Source of the DNA: Clostridiales bacterium
Lineage (GTDB): Bacteria; Bacillota; Clostridia; Christensenellales; CAG-138
Reading direction: 5' to 3'
Assembly: GCA_918244965.1 (NCBI GenBank)
Contig: CAKJYC010000016.1
Location: 8,526 to 72,525, forward strand
DNA: 64,000 nucleotides
Shown here piece after piece: positions 27,874-36,828 of the stretch. A program made the position numbers and the translations under genes. Under the pieces are notes generated by a model. That model saw only the letters and a list, made by a program, of their open reading frames with translations, searched no databases and was not told the DNA's origin. How positions within the stretch are numbered: the first letter of the stretch is position 1; each line of letters starts with the position of its first letter.

Positions 27874-29199
27874 ATGCTTATGAACCGCATGATTTGTATC
27901 TTCCTGACGGGCCTGATGCTGCTCTCGGCAGCATGTACCGCCGCGCCTAAGCCAGAGGCGGAAGCGCCGACCGAAGCGCCGAAGCCGGAGCCCGATCCGA
28001 CCGAGGCGCCCAAGCCGGAGCCGATCACAAACCCCGATCCGGTCGAGCCCGTGACCGATCCGCTCGACGAGGTCCCGGACGTGGCCGGCTATGACGGCTT
28101 TGCCGCGCTGCTGTCCGCCGCGCTGCTGTCCGGCAAATCGAACCGCAACCTCTCCCCGATCAGCGTCTATCTCGCGCTCGCAATGGTCGCGGAGGGCGCG
28201 AACGGCGAAACGCAGGCCGAGCTTCTGAAGCTGCTCGGCTGCAAGAGTCTCGCGGAGCTTCGCGGCGTCTGCGCAAAGATGCTCGAAACGCTGTCGGTCG
28301 ACGAGGAGGACGCCGTGCTCGATCTGCACAATTCGCTCTGGATGGCGGATGAGATCAACGGCGCACCCGTTTCGTTCCACGCAAGCTATCTCGAAGCGCT
28401 GTCCGATACGTTCCGCTCCGAGGCGTACGCCGTGGATTTCGGCATGCGTTCCGCCCGTGAGCAGATCGCGGCGTGGATCAACAAGTACACGCGCGGCAAG
28501 ATCGACGTGCAGCCCGACGCGCTGGAGCTCGATCCCGCGACGATCGCCGTGCTGATCAACACGATCTATCTGAAGGCAAGCTGGGCCGACACGTTCAATG
28601 AGGATGCCACCGAACCCGGCGCGTTCCACGGCCTTGACGGGGACTTCGACGTCAATTATATGTGGCGGTCCGACAAGAGCCGATCCGTCCGTCTGGGCGA
28701 CGGCTTCACCGCGTACAGCGTCAGCCTGAACCGCGTGGGCTATGTCACGTTCATCCTGCCCGACGAGGGCGTTGCGCTCGACAGCCTGCTCGGCTCGGCG
28801 GATGCGATCGACAAGCTGCTGCACGACGGCAAATACGGCCAATACGACGTGGACCTTCTGATCCCGAAATTCAAGTTCCGGGACAAGATGGAGCTGACCG
28901 ATGTGCTTTCCGCGCTGGGTCTGCGCCTATCCTTCACCCCCGACGCGGACTTTTCCGGCATGACGGACACGCCCTGCTGCATCGACAGCGTGATCCAGGA
29001 ATCGTACATCGGCGTCGATGAAAACGGCGTCGAGGCCGCAGCCTACACGATGATCTCCATGCGCGCGACCGGCATGATGCCGCAGGACATCCAGCGCATC
29101 GACTTCCATCTGACCCGCCCGTTCGCCTATGTGATCGAAGACTACGACGGCACGGTGCTGTTCATCGGCACGGTCACGAACCCGACGCCGGCGGAATAA
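27874..29199 (+). CDS. Serpin-family protease inhibitor, lipoprotein (serpin 1)
   Basis: Start at MLMNRMICIFLTGLMLLSAAC (lipobox) with a GAAAGGAG RBS. Pro/Glu-rich linker. Serpin hinge/RCL ENGVEAAAYTMISMRATGMMPQ (29026 onward) and C-terminal FHLTRPF...FIG. Only 31 nt after the cyclodeaminase stop, with no terminator between. Confidence 0.85.
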   Translation: MLMNRMICIFLTGLMLLSAACTAAPKPEAEAPTEAPKPEPDPTEAPKPEPITNPDPVEPVTDPLDEVPDVAGYDGFAALLSAALLSGKSNRNLSPISVYLALAMVAEGANGETQAELLKLLGCKSLAELRGVCAKMLETLSVDEEDAVLDLHNSLWMADEINGAPVSFHASYLEALSDTFRSEAYAVDFGMRSAREQIAAWINKYTRGKIDVQPDALELDPATIAVLINTIYLKASWADTFNEDATEPGAFHGLDGDFDVNYMWRSDKSRSVRLGDGFTAYSVSLNRVGYVTFILPDEGVALDSLLGSADAIDKLLHDGKYGQYDVDLLIPKFKFRDKMELTDVLSALGLRLSFTPDADFSGMTDTPCCIDSVIQESYIGVDENGVEAAAYTMISMRATGMMPQDIQRIDFHLTRPFAYVIEDYDGTVLFIGTVTNPTPAE

Positions 29200-29210
29200 A
29201 CAATCTTTCA

Positions 29211-29236
29211 AAAACCGCCCTTCCGGGCGGTTTTTG
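29211..29236 (+). terminator. Rho-independent terminator
   Basis: CCGCCC/GGGCGG stem (loop TTCC) followed by TTTTT. Confidence 0.75.
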
Positions 29237-29294
29237 TGTATCACTTTTGGAGTTTGAACTGTCTTAACAGACAGAACCCGAAAGGAGCAAGGTT

Positions 29295-30536
29295 ATGAAA
29301 CGCATCATTTCCGTCCTGTTGATCCTGCTGTTTGCCGCGGCATGCGCAAACGCGCCCGTGCATACGGTCGACGAATATCCCGCAAACGCCGACGTGCAGC
29401 CCGTTGCGCTCGGCTTTGACGTGCCGGAGATCGAAAGCTATGACGACTTTGCCTGCGCCCTGTCCGCCGCGCTCCTTGACGGCACGGAGAACAGAAACTT
29501 CTCCCCTGTCAGCGCATACTTTGCGCTTGCCATGGCCGCAGAAGGCGCGAACGGCGAAACGCAGAATACGCTTCTCCGCTTCCTCGGCTGTGACAGCATC
29601 GAACAGCTGCGCGACTTGACCGCGGCAATGCGGCAGGCGCTGACGCGCGAAACCGAAACCGGAGAACTCAGCCTTTGCAATTCGCTCTGGATGGGCGAGG
29701 TCTTTCCGGTGAAAAAGTCATATCAGGAACGTCTGGCGGCGCTTTACGACGCGGAGATCGACACGGTCCGCTTCGGCACCGATGACGCCGGAAAGCGCAT
29801 CGCGGGCTGGATCGAGGACAGGACGAACGGGCTCCTTTCCCCCTCGCCCGACGCAATGGAGTTTGACGAGCTGACGATCTGCGTCCTGCTCAACACGGTC
29901 TATTTCCGGGACCGGTGGTCGTGGCCGTTCGGCAGTCCGAAGCCCGACACGTTCACGCTTGCCGACGGCACGACCGAACAGGTCGACTATCTGCACCGGC
30001 GGGACGAGGTCACGGTCTATCGCGGCGAGGGCTTTTTGCGCTGCTCCGTCCGGTACGAGAGCAAGGGAAAGATCACGTTCGTTCTGCCCGACGAGGGCAC
30101 GCCGCTGAAGGACCTTCTCGGCACGCCCGACAGGCTGCAGGCGCTTCTGTCCGGCGGCGAGCGCATCGAAGCCGACGTCGATCTGCTGCTTCCGAAGTTT
30201 TCGTTCCGGGACCGGTTCGAGCTTGCGGACGTACTCTGCGCGCTGGGGCTTGCGGACGCGTTCAGAGACGGCGCGGACTTTTCCGGCATGACGGACGTGA
30301 AAACGCGGCTCGACCGTGTGATTCAGGAAACGGTCGTCGACCTCAACGAGGAAGGGACCGAAGCCGCAGCCTACACCGTGCTGCCCGCGCCGGGTGAAGC
30401 GGCGCCGGATGTGGAGCCGACGCCGCGCCCGCTCATTGCGTTTCATCTCGATCGCCCGTTCCTGTTCGTGATTTCCGGTCCCGGCGGCACGGCGCTGTTT
30501 ATCGGCACGGTGACAAGCCCGACACCCGTGAAGTAA
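29295..30536 (+). CDS. Serpin-family protease inhibitor, lipoprotein (serpin 2)
   Basis: 413 aa with a signal peptide and lipobox (LLFAAAC). Hinge/RCL EEGTEAAAYTVLPAPGEAAPDVEP (30354 onward) and FHLDRPF. Paralogous to serpin 1 but with a different, longer RCL. Confidence 0.85.
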   Translation: MKRIISVLLILLFAAACANAPVHTVDEYPANADVQPVALGFDVPEIESYDDFACALSAALLDGTENRNFSPVSAYFALAMAAEGANGETQNTLLRFLGCDSIEQLRDLTAAMRQALTRETETGELSLCNSLWMGEVFPVKKSYQERLAALYDAEIDTVRFGTDDAGKRIAGWIEDRTNGLLSPSPDAMEFDELTICVLLNTVYFRDRWSWPFGSPKPDTFTLADGTTEQVDYLHRRDEVTVYRGEGFLRCSVRYESKGKITFVLPDEGTPLKDLLGTPDRLQALLSGGERIEADVDLLLPKFSFRDRFELADVLCALGLADAFRDGADFSGMTDVKTRLDRVIQETVVDLNEEGTEAAAYTVLPAPGEAAPDVEPTPRPLIAFHLDRPFLFVISGPGGTALFIGTVTSPTPVK

Positions 30537-30547
30537 GGACGTATACC

Positions 30548-30588
30548 GAAAAATCTCCGCCGGTTTGCGGCGGAGATTTGTCATTTTG
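30548..30588. terminator. Bidirectional terminator between serpin 2 and pepT
   Basis: AAATCTCCGCC/GGCGGAGATTT 11-bp stem flanked by A- and T-rich runs. Confidence 0.7.
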
Positions 30589-30593
30589 GCGGA

Positions 30594-31814
30594 TTACCGG
30601 TCGCGGTAGAGCGCGACGAGATTTTTCAGCACCTTCACCGACAGGTCCATGCCCTCGACCGTGATGTGCTCGTACGGGCCGTGGAACGCGTAGCCGCCGG
30701 TGCCGAGATTCGGACACGGCAGACCCATGAAGGAGAGCCTTGCGCCGTCCGTGCCGCCGCGGATCGGCTGCACCTTCGGCGTGACGCCTGCCATCTCCAT
30801 CGCTTGTTTCGCGTTCTCGATCAGGTGCATGCACGGCTCGATCTTTTCCTTCATGTTGCGGTACTGATCGCGGATCGTCAGCGTGACCGTCCCTTCACCG
30901 TACTGCGCGTTGACGACGTCGGCGATCTTTTCAAGCGTCGTCTTGCGGCGCGTGAAGCTCTCAAAATCGTGATCGCGAATGATATAGGAAATCTCCGCGG
31001 CCTCCGTCGTGCCGGACAGATCCACCAGATGCCAGAAGCCCTGATAGCCCGCAGTGTCGCGCGGCGTCTGGCCCTTCGGAAGCATGCCGTTGATCTCGCA
31101 TGCGACCAGAAGCGCGTTGATCATCTTGTCCTTTGCCTCGCCCGGATGGATGTTGAAGCCGCGGATCGTAAACTTTGCGCTTGCCGCGTTGAAGTTCTCG
31201 TATTCGAGTTCGCTCTCGGCGCCGCCGTCGCAGGTGTAACCGAAATCCGCATCGAACCGCGCAAGGTCGAAGTGGTCCGCGCCGCTGCCGACCTCCTCAT
31301 CCGGTGTGAAGCAGACGGAGATCTGTCCGTGCGGAACGTTTTCCCGAATCAGCTCATCGAGCATGGTGACGATCTCGGCGACGCCCGCCTTGTCGTCCGC
31401 GCCCAAAAGTGTCGTGCCGTCAGTGACGATCAGCGTGCGGCCTTTAAGCGAGGGAAGGTGCGGGAACTGCGCCGCCGTCAGCGTTCTGCCGCTTTCGCCT
31501 AAGACGACGTCGCCGCCGTCGTAGTGCTCGATAATGCGCGGATGCACGTTCTCGCCCGAAAAGTCCGGCGCGGTGTCCATGTGCGCGATAAAGCCGAACT
31601 TTGCCGCCTTTTCATAGCCCGGCGTTGCGGGCAGCGTGCCGTAGACATAGCACAGATCGTCCACCGCGGCGTTTCGGATGCCGATCTCCTTCAGCTCGTC
31701 GACCAGTATCCGCGCAAGGTCGAACTCGCGCGCGGCGGTCGGGACCGTCGTGCTCTCCTCATCGCTCGTGGTGTGGACGGCCACGTACTTCAACAACCGT
31801 TCGTATGCTTTCAT
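30594..31814 (-). CDS. pepT: Peptidase T (tripeptide aminopeptidase, M20B)
   Basis: 406 aa. N-terminus LLKYVAVHTTSDE, the HMDTAPD metal site and GGTDGA motif are typical of PepT. Confidence 0.88.
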   Translation of the reverse strand: MKAYERLLKYVAVHTTSDEESTTVPTAAREFDLARILVDELKEIGIRNAAVDDLCYVYGTLPATPGYEKAAKFGFIAHMDTAPDFSGENVHPRIIEHYDGGDVVLGESGRTLTAAQFPHLPSLKGRTLIVTDGTTLLGADDKAGVAEIVTMLDELIRENVPHGQISVCFTPDEEVGSGADHFDLARFDADFGYTCDGGAESELEYENFNAASAKFTIRGFNIHPGEAKDKMINALLVACEINGMLPKGQTPRDTAGYQGFWHLVDLSGTTEAAEISYIIRDHDFESFTRRKTTLEKIADVVNAQYGEGTVTLTIRDQYRNMKEKIEPCMHLIENAKQAMEMAGVTPKVQPIRGGTDGARLSFMGLPCPNLGTGGYAFHGPYEHITVEGMDLSVKVLKNLVALYRDR

Positions 31815-31825
31815 ATAACCCTCCG

Positions 31826-32227
31826 TTATCCTCTGTTTCCCATGACCTTGACGGTGAAACGGCGCGAGCGCGGTCCGTCAAACTCGGTAAAGTACACCGC
31901 CTGCCAGGTCCCCAGCACCGGCTCGCCGTCGTCGATCATGATCGTGACGCTGCTGCCGATGACGCTGGCTTTGAGATGCGCCGCGCTGTTGCCCTCGGCG
32001 TGGCGGAACTCCGCACGGTCCGGGTATGTCTTGTTGAGCGCGAGCAAAAGATCCTTCTTGACGTCCGGATCGGTGTTCTCGTTGATCGTCACGCCCGCGG
32101 TCGTGTGCGGGCAATAGACGGTCATCATCCCGTCAAACACGCCGCTCTGACGGCATGCGTCGCGCACCTGCTCGGTGATGTCGATAAAGCCCTCCTTCGG
32201 GGTTTCTAAACGGTATTCGTACAGCAT
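31826..32227 (-). CDS. yjbQ: YjbQ/UPF0047 family protein (secondary thiamine-phosphate synthase-like)
   Basis: Start at MLYEYRLETPKEGFIDIT (GGAGG RBS). Motifs HTTAGVTINEN and GNSAAHLKAS are characteristic of YjbQ. Confidence 0.75.
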   Translation of the reverse strand: MLYEYRLETPKEGFIDITEQVRDACRQSGVFDGMMTVYCPHTTAGVTINENTDPDVKKDLLLALNKTYPDRAEFRHAEGNSAAHLKASVIGSSVTIMIDDGEPVLGTWQAVYFTEFDGPRSRRFTVKVMGNRG

Positions 32228-32252
32228 TTCTCCGCCTCCCTTTCTTAATCTC

Positions 32253-32281
32253 ATTGTACCATTTCCGGCGCTGACTGGCAA
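32253..32281 (-). promoter_or_regulatory. Sigma-70-type promoter for yjbQ-pepT
   Basis: Minus strand reads TTGCCA (32281-32276), 17-nt spacer, TGgTACAAT (TACAAT at 32258-32253). Confidence 0.5.
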
Positions 32282-32284
32282 GCA

Positions 32285-32317
32285 TGAAAAATATGACAGG
32301 AGAATTGCTCTCCTGTC
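32285..32317 (-). terminator. Rho-independent terminator of the zinc-ribbon gene
   Basis: TGACAGGAGA/TCTCCTGTCA 10-bp stem. The minus strand continues with TATTTTT. Confidence 0.7.
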
Positions 32318-32336
32318 ACATGTCTGTTGCGCCGTA

Positions 32337-32933
32337 TTATCCGATCACCCCGGACAGCCAGTTCAGGCCGTCGGTGCGCAGCCACGCGATCGCTGCTTCA
32401 AACGGACCTCTCAGCACGCCGGTGAGCACAAGGATCAGCAGGCTCAGCACGAGCACCATCACGATGATGATCCCGATCCAGAACGAGCGTGCAAAGTTGC
32501 GGCGGTTCACATTGCCGCCGACGAACGAAAAGACGATCAGCGGAATGAGTCCGATCACCGGAATCATGAACAGCAGTGAATAGCCGAAGTACGCCCACGG
32601 GCTCAGCGGACGGTTTTCCTTCGGAAGCTCCGGCTCCGCAGCCGGCGTAAACAGCGGCCGGTTCTGCTCCTCCGGCGTCGGGCGCGTATATGCGGGACGC
32701 GGTGTCGGCTCAGGCACAAAGATGGGCTCCGGGATCACGACCGGTTCGGGTGCGGGCTCCGGCTCCGGTACAAAAGCCGGTTCCGGTTCGGGTGCGGGCT
32801 CCGGCTCCGGTACAAAAGCCGGTTCCGGTTCGGGTGCGGGCTCCGGCTGCACGGCCGGCATCACCTTGGTTCCGCACCGGTTGCAAAACTTTGCGCCGGT
32901 CGGCAATTCATAGCCGCAGTTTCTGCAAAACAT
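32337..32933 (-). CDS. Zinc-ribbon membrane protein with a Pro/Glu-rich repeat linker
   Basis: 198 aa. N-terminal CRNCG...CNRCG zinc ribbon, (EPEPAFVPEPEPAP)n linker and C-terminal TM helices. Confidence 0.65.
   Translation of the reverse strand: MFCRNCGYELPTGAKFCNRCGTKVMPAVQPEPAPEPEPAFVPEPEPAPEPEPAFVPEPEPAPEPVVIPEPIFVPEPTPRPAYTRPTPEEQNRPLFTPAAEPELPKENRPLSPWAYFGYSLLFMIPVIGLIPLIVFSFVGGNVNRRNFARSFWIGIIIVMVLVLSLLILVLTGVLRGPFEAAIAWLRTDGLNWLSGVIG
32741..32848. repeat. 42-nt in-frame tandem repeat, about 2.6 copies
   Basis: Unit CCGGTTCGGGTGCGGGCTCCGGCTCCGGTACAAAAGCCGGTT at 32741-32782, repeated exactly at 32783-32824, then a 24-nt partial copy. It encodes EPEPAFVPEPEPAP on the minus strand. Confidence 0.85.
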
Positions 32934-33110
32934 CGTAAACCCTCCTTTTTCCGCTTGCGCGGTGCTTTGTATATATTATAAAAGCAGTCTCCGGTTCTGT
33001 CAATCGAAAGCTGGCGTCAAACGCATTGCAAAACAGGGAGAATACTTTACAATAAGGAAAAAATATGATAAAATACATTGAATTATTGTGTGAGGGTAAC
33101 AGGCAACTGT

Positions 33111-34757
33111 ATGGAAACGGTACGTCTAAACGGCGCTTTGTACGCCGGCATGCTTTCAAGCGGTGCGGATCATTTGAGCTGCTATCGCAAAACAGTCAAC
33201 GATCTGAACGTTTTTCCCATCCCCGACGGCGACACGGGCGACAATATGCTCGCCACGGTCTATTCCGGTGCCGACACCGTCGACCGCAGCGCGGACGAGG
33301 ATCTTGAGACGGTCGCGAGCCGCAGCGCGCACGGCATGCTGCTCGGTGCGCGCGGTAACTCCGGCGTTATTTTATCCCGCATCTTTTCCGGTATCAATAA
33401 GGGCTTTCAGGGGATCGCCGAGGCGGACGTCGCCGCGGTCTCCAAAGCGATGGAATGCGGCGTCGAGGAAGCATATCACGCGGTTCCCGTCCCGGTCGAG
33501 GGCACGATACTGACCGTGTTTTCCGACGGCGTTCGCTATGCGAACGAACGGATCACTGAGGCGTCCACGCTGCGCTCGTATTTCAACGATCTGCTCGGCG
33601 AAATGCAGCGCTCTCTGGAACGCACGCCGGACCTTTTGCCGGTGCTGCGCGAGGCTGGCGTGGTCGATTCCGGCGGCGCGGGACTCATCTATATCTTCGA
33701 GGGCATGCGGCGCAGCCTAAACGGCGAGGCCGTGGAGCGCGGCGAACAGCATGCCGAGGCGAAGCACGCTGATCTCGACGCGTTCGGCACGGATTCCGTG
33801 CTGACCTACGGCTACTGCACCGAGTTTCTGCTGCGGCTGCAGACGGCAAAGGGCGATCCCAACGCGTTCGATCTCAATGCGTTCATCGAATACCTGAACA
33901 GCGTCGGCAATTCGGTCGTCGTGTTCCGTGAGGGCACGATCGTCAAGGTCCACGTCCACACGATGCGGCCCGGCGATATCCTGAACCGCTGCCAGCGCTT
34001 CGGAGAGTTTCTGACGCTGAAGGTCGAAAACATGTCGCTGCAGCACAACGAGACTGAGCTGCCGGAGGTCACCGTCACCGCGCCGAAGCCGCGCAAGAAG
34101 GTCGGCATCGTCGCCGTTGCGGCGGGCGCAGGCCTTCGGGAAACGTTCCTTGCGCTCGGCACGGACGTCGTGATCGACGGCGGACAGAGCATGAATCCGA
34201 GCGCGTCCGATTTCCTTGACGCGTTCGACCAAACGAACGCCGACACGATCTTTGTCTTCCCGAACAACGGCAACGTGCTCCTGACCGCACAGCAGGCGAA
34301 GGAGCTCTATCCCGCCTCCGACATTCGCGTGATGCGCACGCGCACGGTCGGCGAGGGCTACGCCGCGATCTCCATGATGGACGGCGGCGCAGGCGATCCC
34401 GACAAGATCGAGACGGAGCTTTCCGACGTCATCGCCTCCGTCACGACCGGCTTTGTGTCCCGCGCAAGCCGCGACGCCGAAAAGGACGGCGTGCATGTAC
34501 GCACGGGCGATTTCATCGGCTTTATCGGCGACACGATCTACATCAACGACCGCAGCGCCGTCGACACCGCGATCGCGTTGTCCAAGGAGATGCACGTCGA
34601 ACGCTGCGGCGTTCTGCTGCTGCTGGTCGGCTGTGACGCGACGCCCGACGAGGCCGACGCGCTCTATGCAGCGCTTACGAAAACGTATCCCAGAACGGAG
34701 ATCATCCGCATTGCAGGCGATCAGCCCGTTCACCAATATATCTTAGTAGGAGAATAA
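33111..34757 (+). CDS. fakA: DAK2-domain fatty acid kinase subunit (YloV/FakA-like)
   Basis: LNVFPIPDGDTGDNM motif of the DhaL/DAK2 domain, length about 548 aa, and a DegV gene immediately downstream. First ATG at 33111 (the track start is a TTG). Confidence 0.8.
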   Translation: METVRLNGALYAGMLSSGADHLSCYRKTVNDLNVFPIPDGDTGDNMLATVYSGADTVDRSADEDLETVASRSAHGMLLGARGNSGVILSRIFSGINKGFQGIAEADVAAVSKAMECGVEEAYHAVPVPVEGTILTVFSDGVRYANERITEASTLRSYFNDLLGEMQRSLERTPDLLPVLREAGVVDSGGAGLIYIFEGMRRSLNGEAVERGEQHAEAKHADLDAFGTDSVLTYGYCTEFLLRLQTAKGDPNAFDLNAFIEYLNSVGNSVVVFREGTIVKVHVHTMRPGDILNRCQRFGEFLTLKVENMSLQHNETELPEVTVTAPKPRKKVGIVAVAAGAGLRETFLALGTDVVIDGGQSMNPSASDFLDAFDQTNADTIFVFPNNGNVLLTAQQAKELYPASDIRVMRTRTVGEGYAAISMMDGGAGDPDKIETELSDVIASVTTGFVSRASRDAEKDGVHVRTGDFIGFIGDTIYINDRSAVDTAIALSKEMHVERCGVLLLLVGCDATPDEADALYAALTKTYPRTEIIRIAGDQPVHQYILVGE

Positions 34758-34761
34758 AACC

Positions 34762-35634
34762 ATGCTGACACTGTTCACCGACACCGACACCGACATCACT
34801 CCGGAGGTTGCGAAGGAATACGGCTATCATCTGATTTCAATGCCGTACAGCATCGACGCAAAGACGATCTGGCCGTACGAGGACTTTGACGTATTCGATT
34901 CGCACGCGTTCTACGACAGTCTGCGTAACGGCACGCTGCCCACGACCGGCGGTATCTCCGCGGAACGCTACCGCAACTATTTCGAGCCGGAGTTCAAAAA
35001 GGGCAACGACATTCTGTACGTCCACTTCTCCGCCGCAATGACCGTCACCTTCCGCGCGATGGACGATGCGGTTGCCCAGCTTCTGAAGGAGTATCCGGAG
35101 CGCAGGTTCTGGCACATCGACACCAAGGGCATCACGATCGTCAGCTACAACCTCGTGCGCACGATCGGCGATCTCCACAAGGCCGGCAAGACCGCCGAGG
35201 AGCTGGTCGAATGGGCCAAGACCGAAGTCGACCACTATGCGCAGTACTTCTTCGCGGACGACCTGAAGTTCTTCAAGCGCAGCGGCCGCGTCAAGGGCAT
35301 CGCCGCAACGATGGGAACGCTTTTGGGCATCCGCCCGATCATCTGCATGAGCGAAGCGGGCGAAATGGTCAGCATCGGCAAGGAGCGCGGCAGAGCGAAC
35401 GCGATGGAGCGCCTTGTGAAGTATGTCGAGGAGCTCGGCGACGATATCAAGAACCACCGTTTCATCGTCGGCCACACCGACGCGCCGGAGATCGCGAAGG
35501 ACCTCGTCGACATGCTGCACGCGCGCTTCGGCGACGATCTCAACATCGAAACCGTTGTAACGAACCCGACGGCGGGCTCCCACTGCGGCCCGAACGGCGT
35601 CGGCGTGAGCTTCCACGCAAAGCGCCGCGTCTGA
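34762..35634 (+). CDS. DegV family fatty-acid-binding protein (FakB-like)
   Basis: 290 aa with DegV-like layout (FTDTDTDITPE..., PTTGGIS, GTLLGIRPI) next to fakA. Confidence 0.8.
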   Translation: MLTLFTDTDTDITPEVAKEYGYHLISMPYSIDAKTIWPYEDFDVFDSHAFYDSLRNGTLPTTGGISAERYRNYFEPEFKKGNDILYVHFSAAMTVTFRAMDDAVAQLLKEYPERRFWHIDTKGITIVSYNLVRTIGDLHKAGKTAEELVEWAKTEVDHYAQYFFADDLKFFKRSGRVKGIAATMGTLLGIRPIICMSEAGEMVSIGKERGRANAMERLVKYVEELGDDIKNHRFIVGHTDAPEIAKDLVDMLHARFGDDLNIETVVTNPTAGSHCGPNGVGVSFHAKRRV

Positions 35635-35649
35635 GCCTCGGAGGACGCC

Positions 35650-36774
35650 ATGGTTACGATCAAAGAGGTCAAAACCAAAAAAGAACAAAAGGCGTTCCTG
35701 AACCTTCCGCTCCGCATGTACCGCGACAACCCGTACTTCGTTCCGCCGCTGTACGGCGACGAAAAGAAGATCTTCTCGAAGGATTTCATCTACAGCGACA
35801 CCTGTGAGACCGGCTACTGGCTTGCGTACCGCGACGGCAAGGTTGTCGGGCGTATCATGGCGATCATCCAGCGCGCCGCGAACGAAAAGAACAACGAAAA
35901 GCGCGTGCGCTTCGACCGGTTCGACGCGATCGACGATCAGGAGGTCGCAAACGCGCTGTTCGGCGCGGTCGAGCAGTTTGCAAAGGCGCACGGCATGAAC
36001 GCCGTCTGCGGACCGCTCGGCTTTTCGGATCTGGAGCGCGAGGGACTGCTTGTCGAGGGCTTCGATCAGCTTTCGACCTTCGAGGAGCAGTACAACGCGG
36101 AATACTACGGCCGGCTCATCGAAGGCTGCGGGTTTGAAAAGGAGGTTGACTGGGTCGAATCGAGGCTGTACGCCCCGCCCGCCGAAACGACTGCCAAGCT
36201 CAAAAAGCTCTCCGAGCAGGTGCTGAAGAAGTACAAGCTGCGCATCGGCGAAGCGAAGAACGTCAACGACTTCATCAACCGCTATCAGCAGGGGCTGTTC
36301 GATCTTCTCGACGTCGCGTACGAGGGTCTGTACGGCACCGTGCCGTTCACGCCCGGCATGAAAAAGATGATGATCGACAATTTCCGCCTGATCATCGACC
36401 TCGAACACGTCGTCTGCGTGCTGAACGAGCAGGATAAGGTCGTCTGCTTCGGCGTCAGCTTCCCGTCGATCGCAAAGGCCGTGCAGAAGAGCAAGGGACA
36501 CCTGACCCCCGCCGCACTGATCCGTCTTTTGAAGGCGATCAAGCGGCCGAAGGTCATCGACCTCGGCCTGATTGCGGTCGCGCCGGAGTACGTGAACACC
36601 GGCATTCCGGCGGTCATTGCCGCCGTCATGTGCGATATGCTCTCCGACGGCACGACCGAGTATGCCGAAACCAACCTGAACCTTGAGGACAACATGCAGA
36701 TCCGCAACCTCTGGAAGCGGTTCAACGCGGTCCAGCACAAGCGCCGCAGGGCGTACGTGAAGTCGCTCGATTGA
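35650..36774 (+). CDS. Putative GNAT-fold N-acetyltransferase family protein
   Basis: 374 aa. The N-terminus IKEVKTKKEQKAFLNLPLRMYRDNPYFVPPL recalls a clostridial GNAT-like family. This is a motif-level call only. Confidence 0.4.
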   Translation: MVTIKEVKTKKEQKAFLNLPLRMYRDNPYFVPPLYGDEKKIFSKDFIYSDTCETGYWLAYRDGKVVGRIMAIIQRAANEKNNEKRVRFDRFDAIDDQEVANALFGAVEQFAKAHGMNAVCGPLGFSDLEREGLLVEGFDQLSTFEEQYNAEYYGRLIEGCGFEKEVDWVESRLYAPPAETTAKLKKLSEQVLKKYKLRIGEAKNVNDFINRYQQGLFDLLDVAYEGLYGTVPFTPGMKKMMIDNFRLIIDLEHVVCVLNEQDKVVCFGVSFPSIAKAVQKSKGHLTPAALIRLLKAIKRPKVIDLGLIAVAPEYVNTGIPAVIAAVMCDMLSDGTTEYAETNLNLEDNMQIRNLWKRFNAVQHKRRRAYVKSLD

Positions 36775-36787
36775 TCGACAGATATGA

Positions 36788-36816
36788 CAAAAGCCCCGAA
36801 AACCGGGGCTTTTTTC
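36788..36816. terminator. Bidirectional terminator
   Basis: AAAAGCCCCG...CGGGGCTTTTTT between convergent genes. Confidence 0.8.
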
Positions 36817-36828
36817 AATGCGGTTTGC

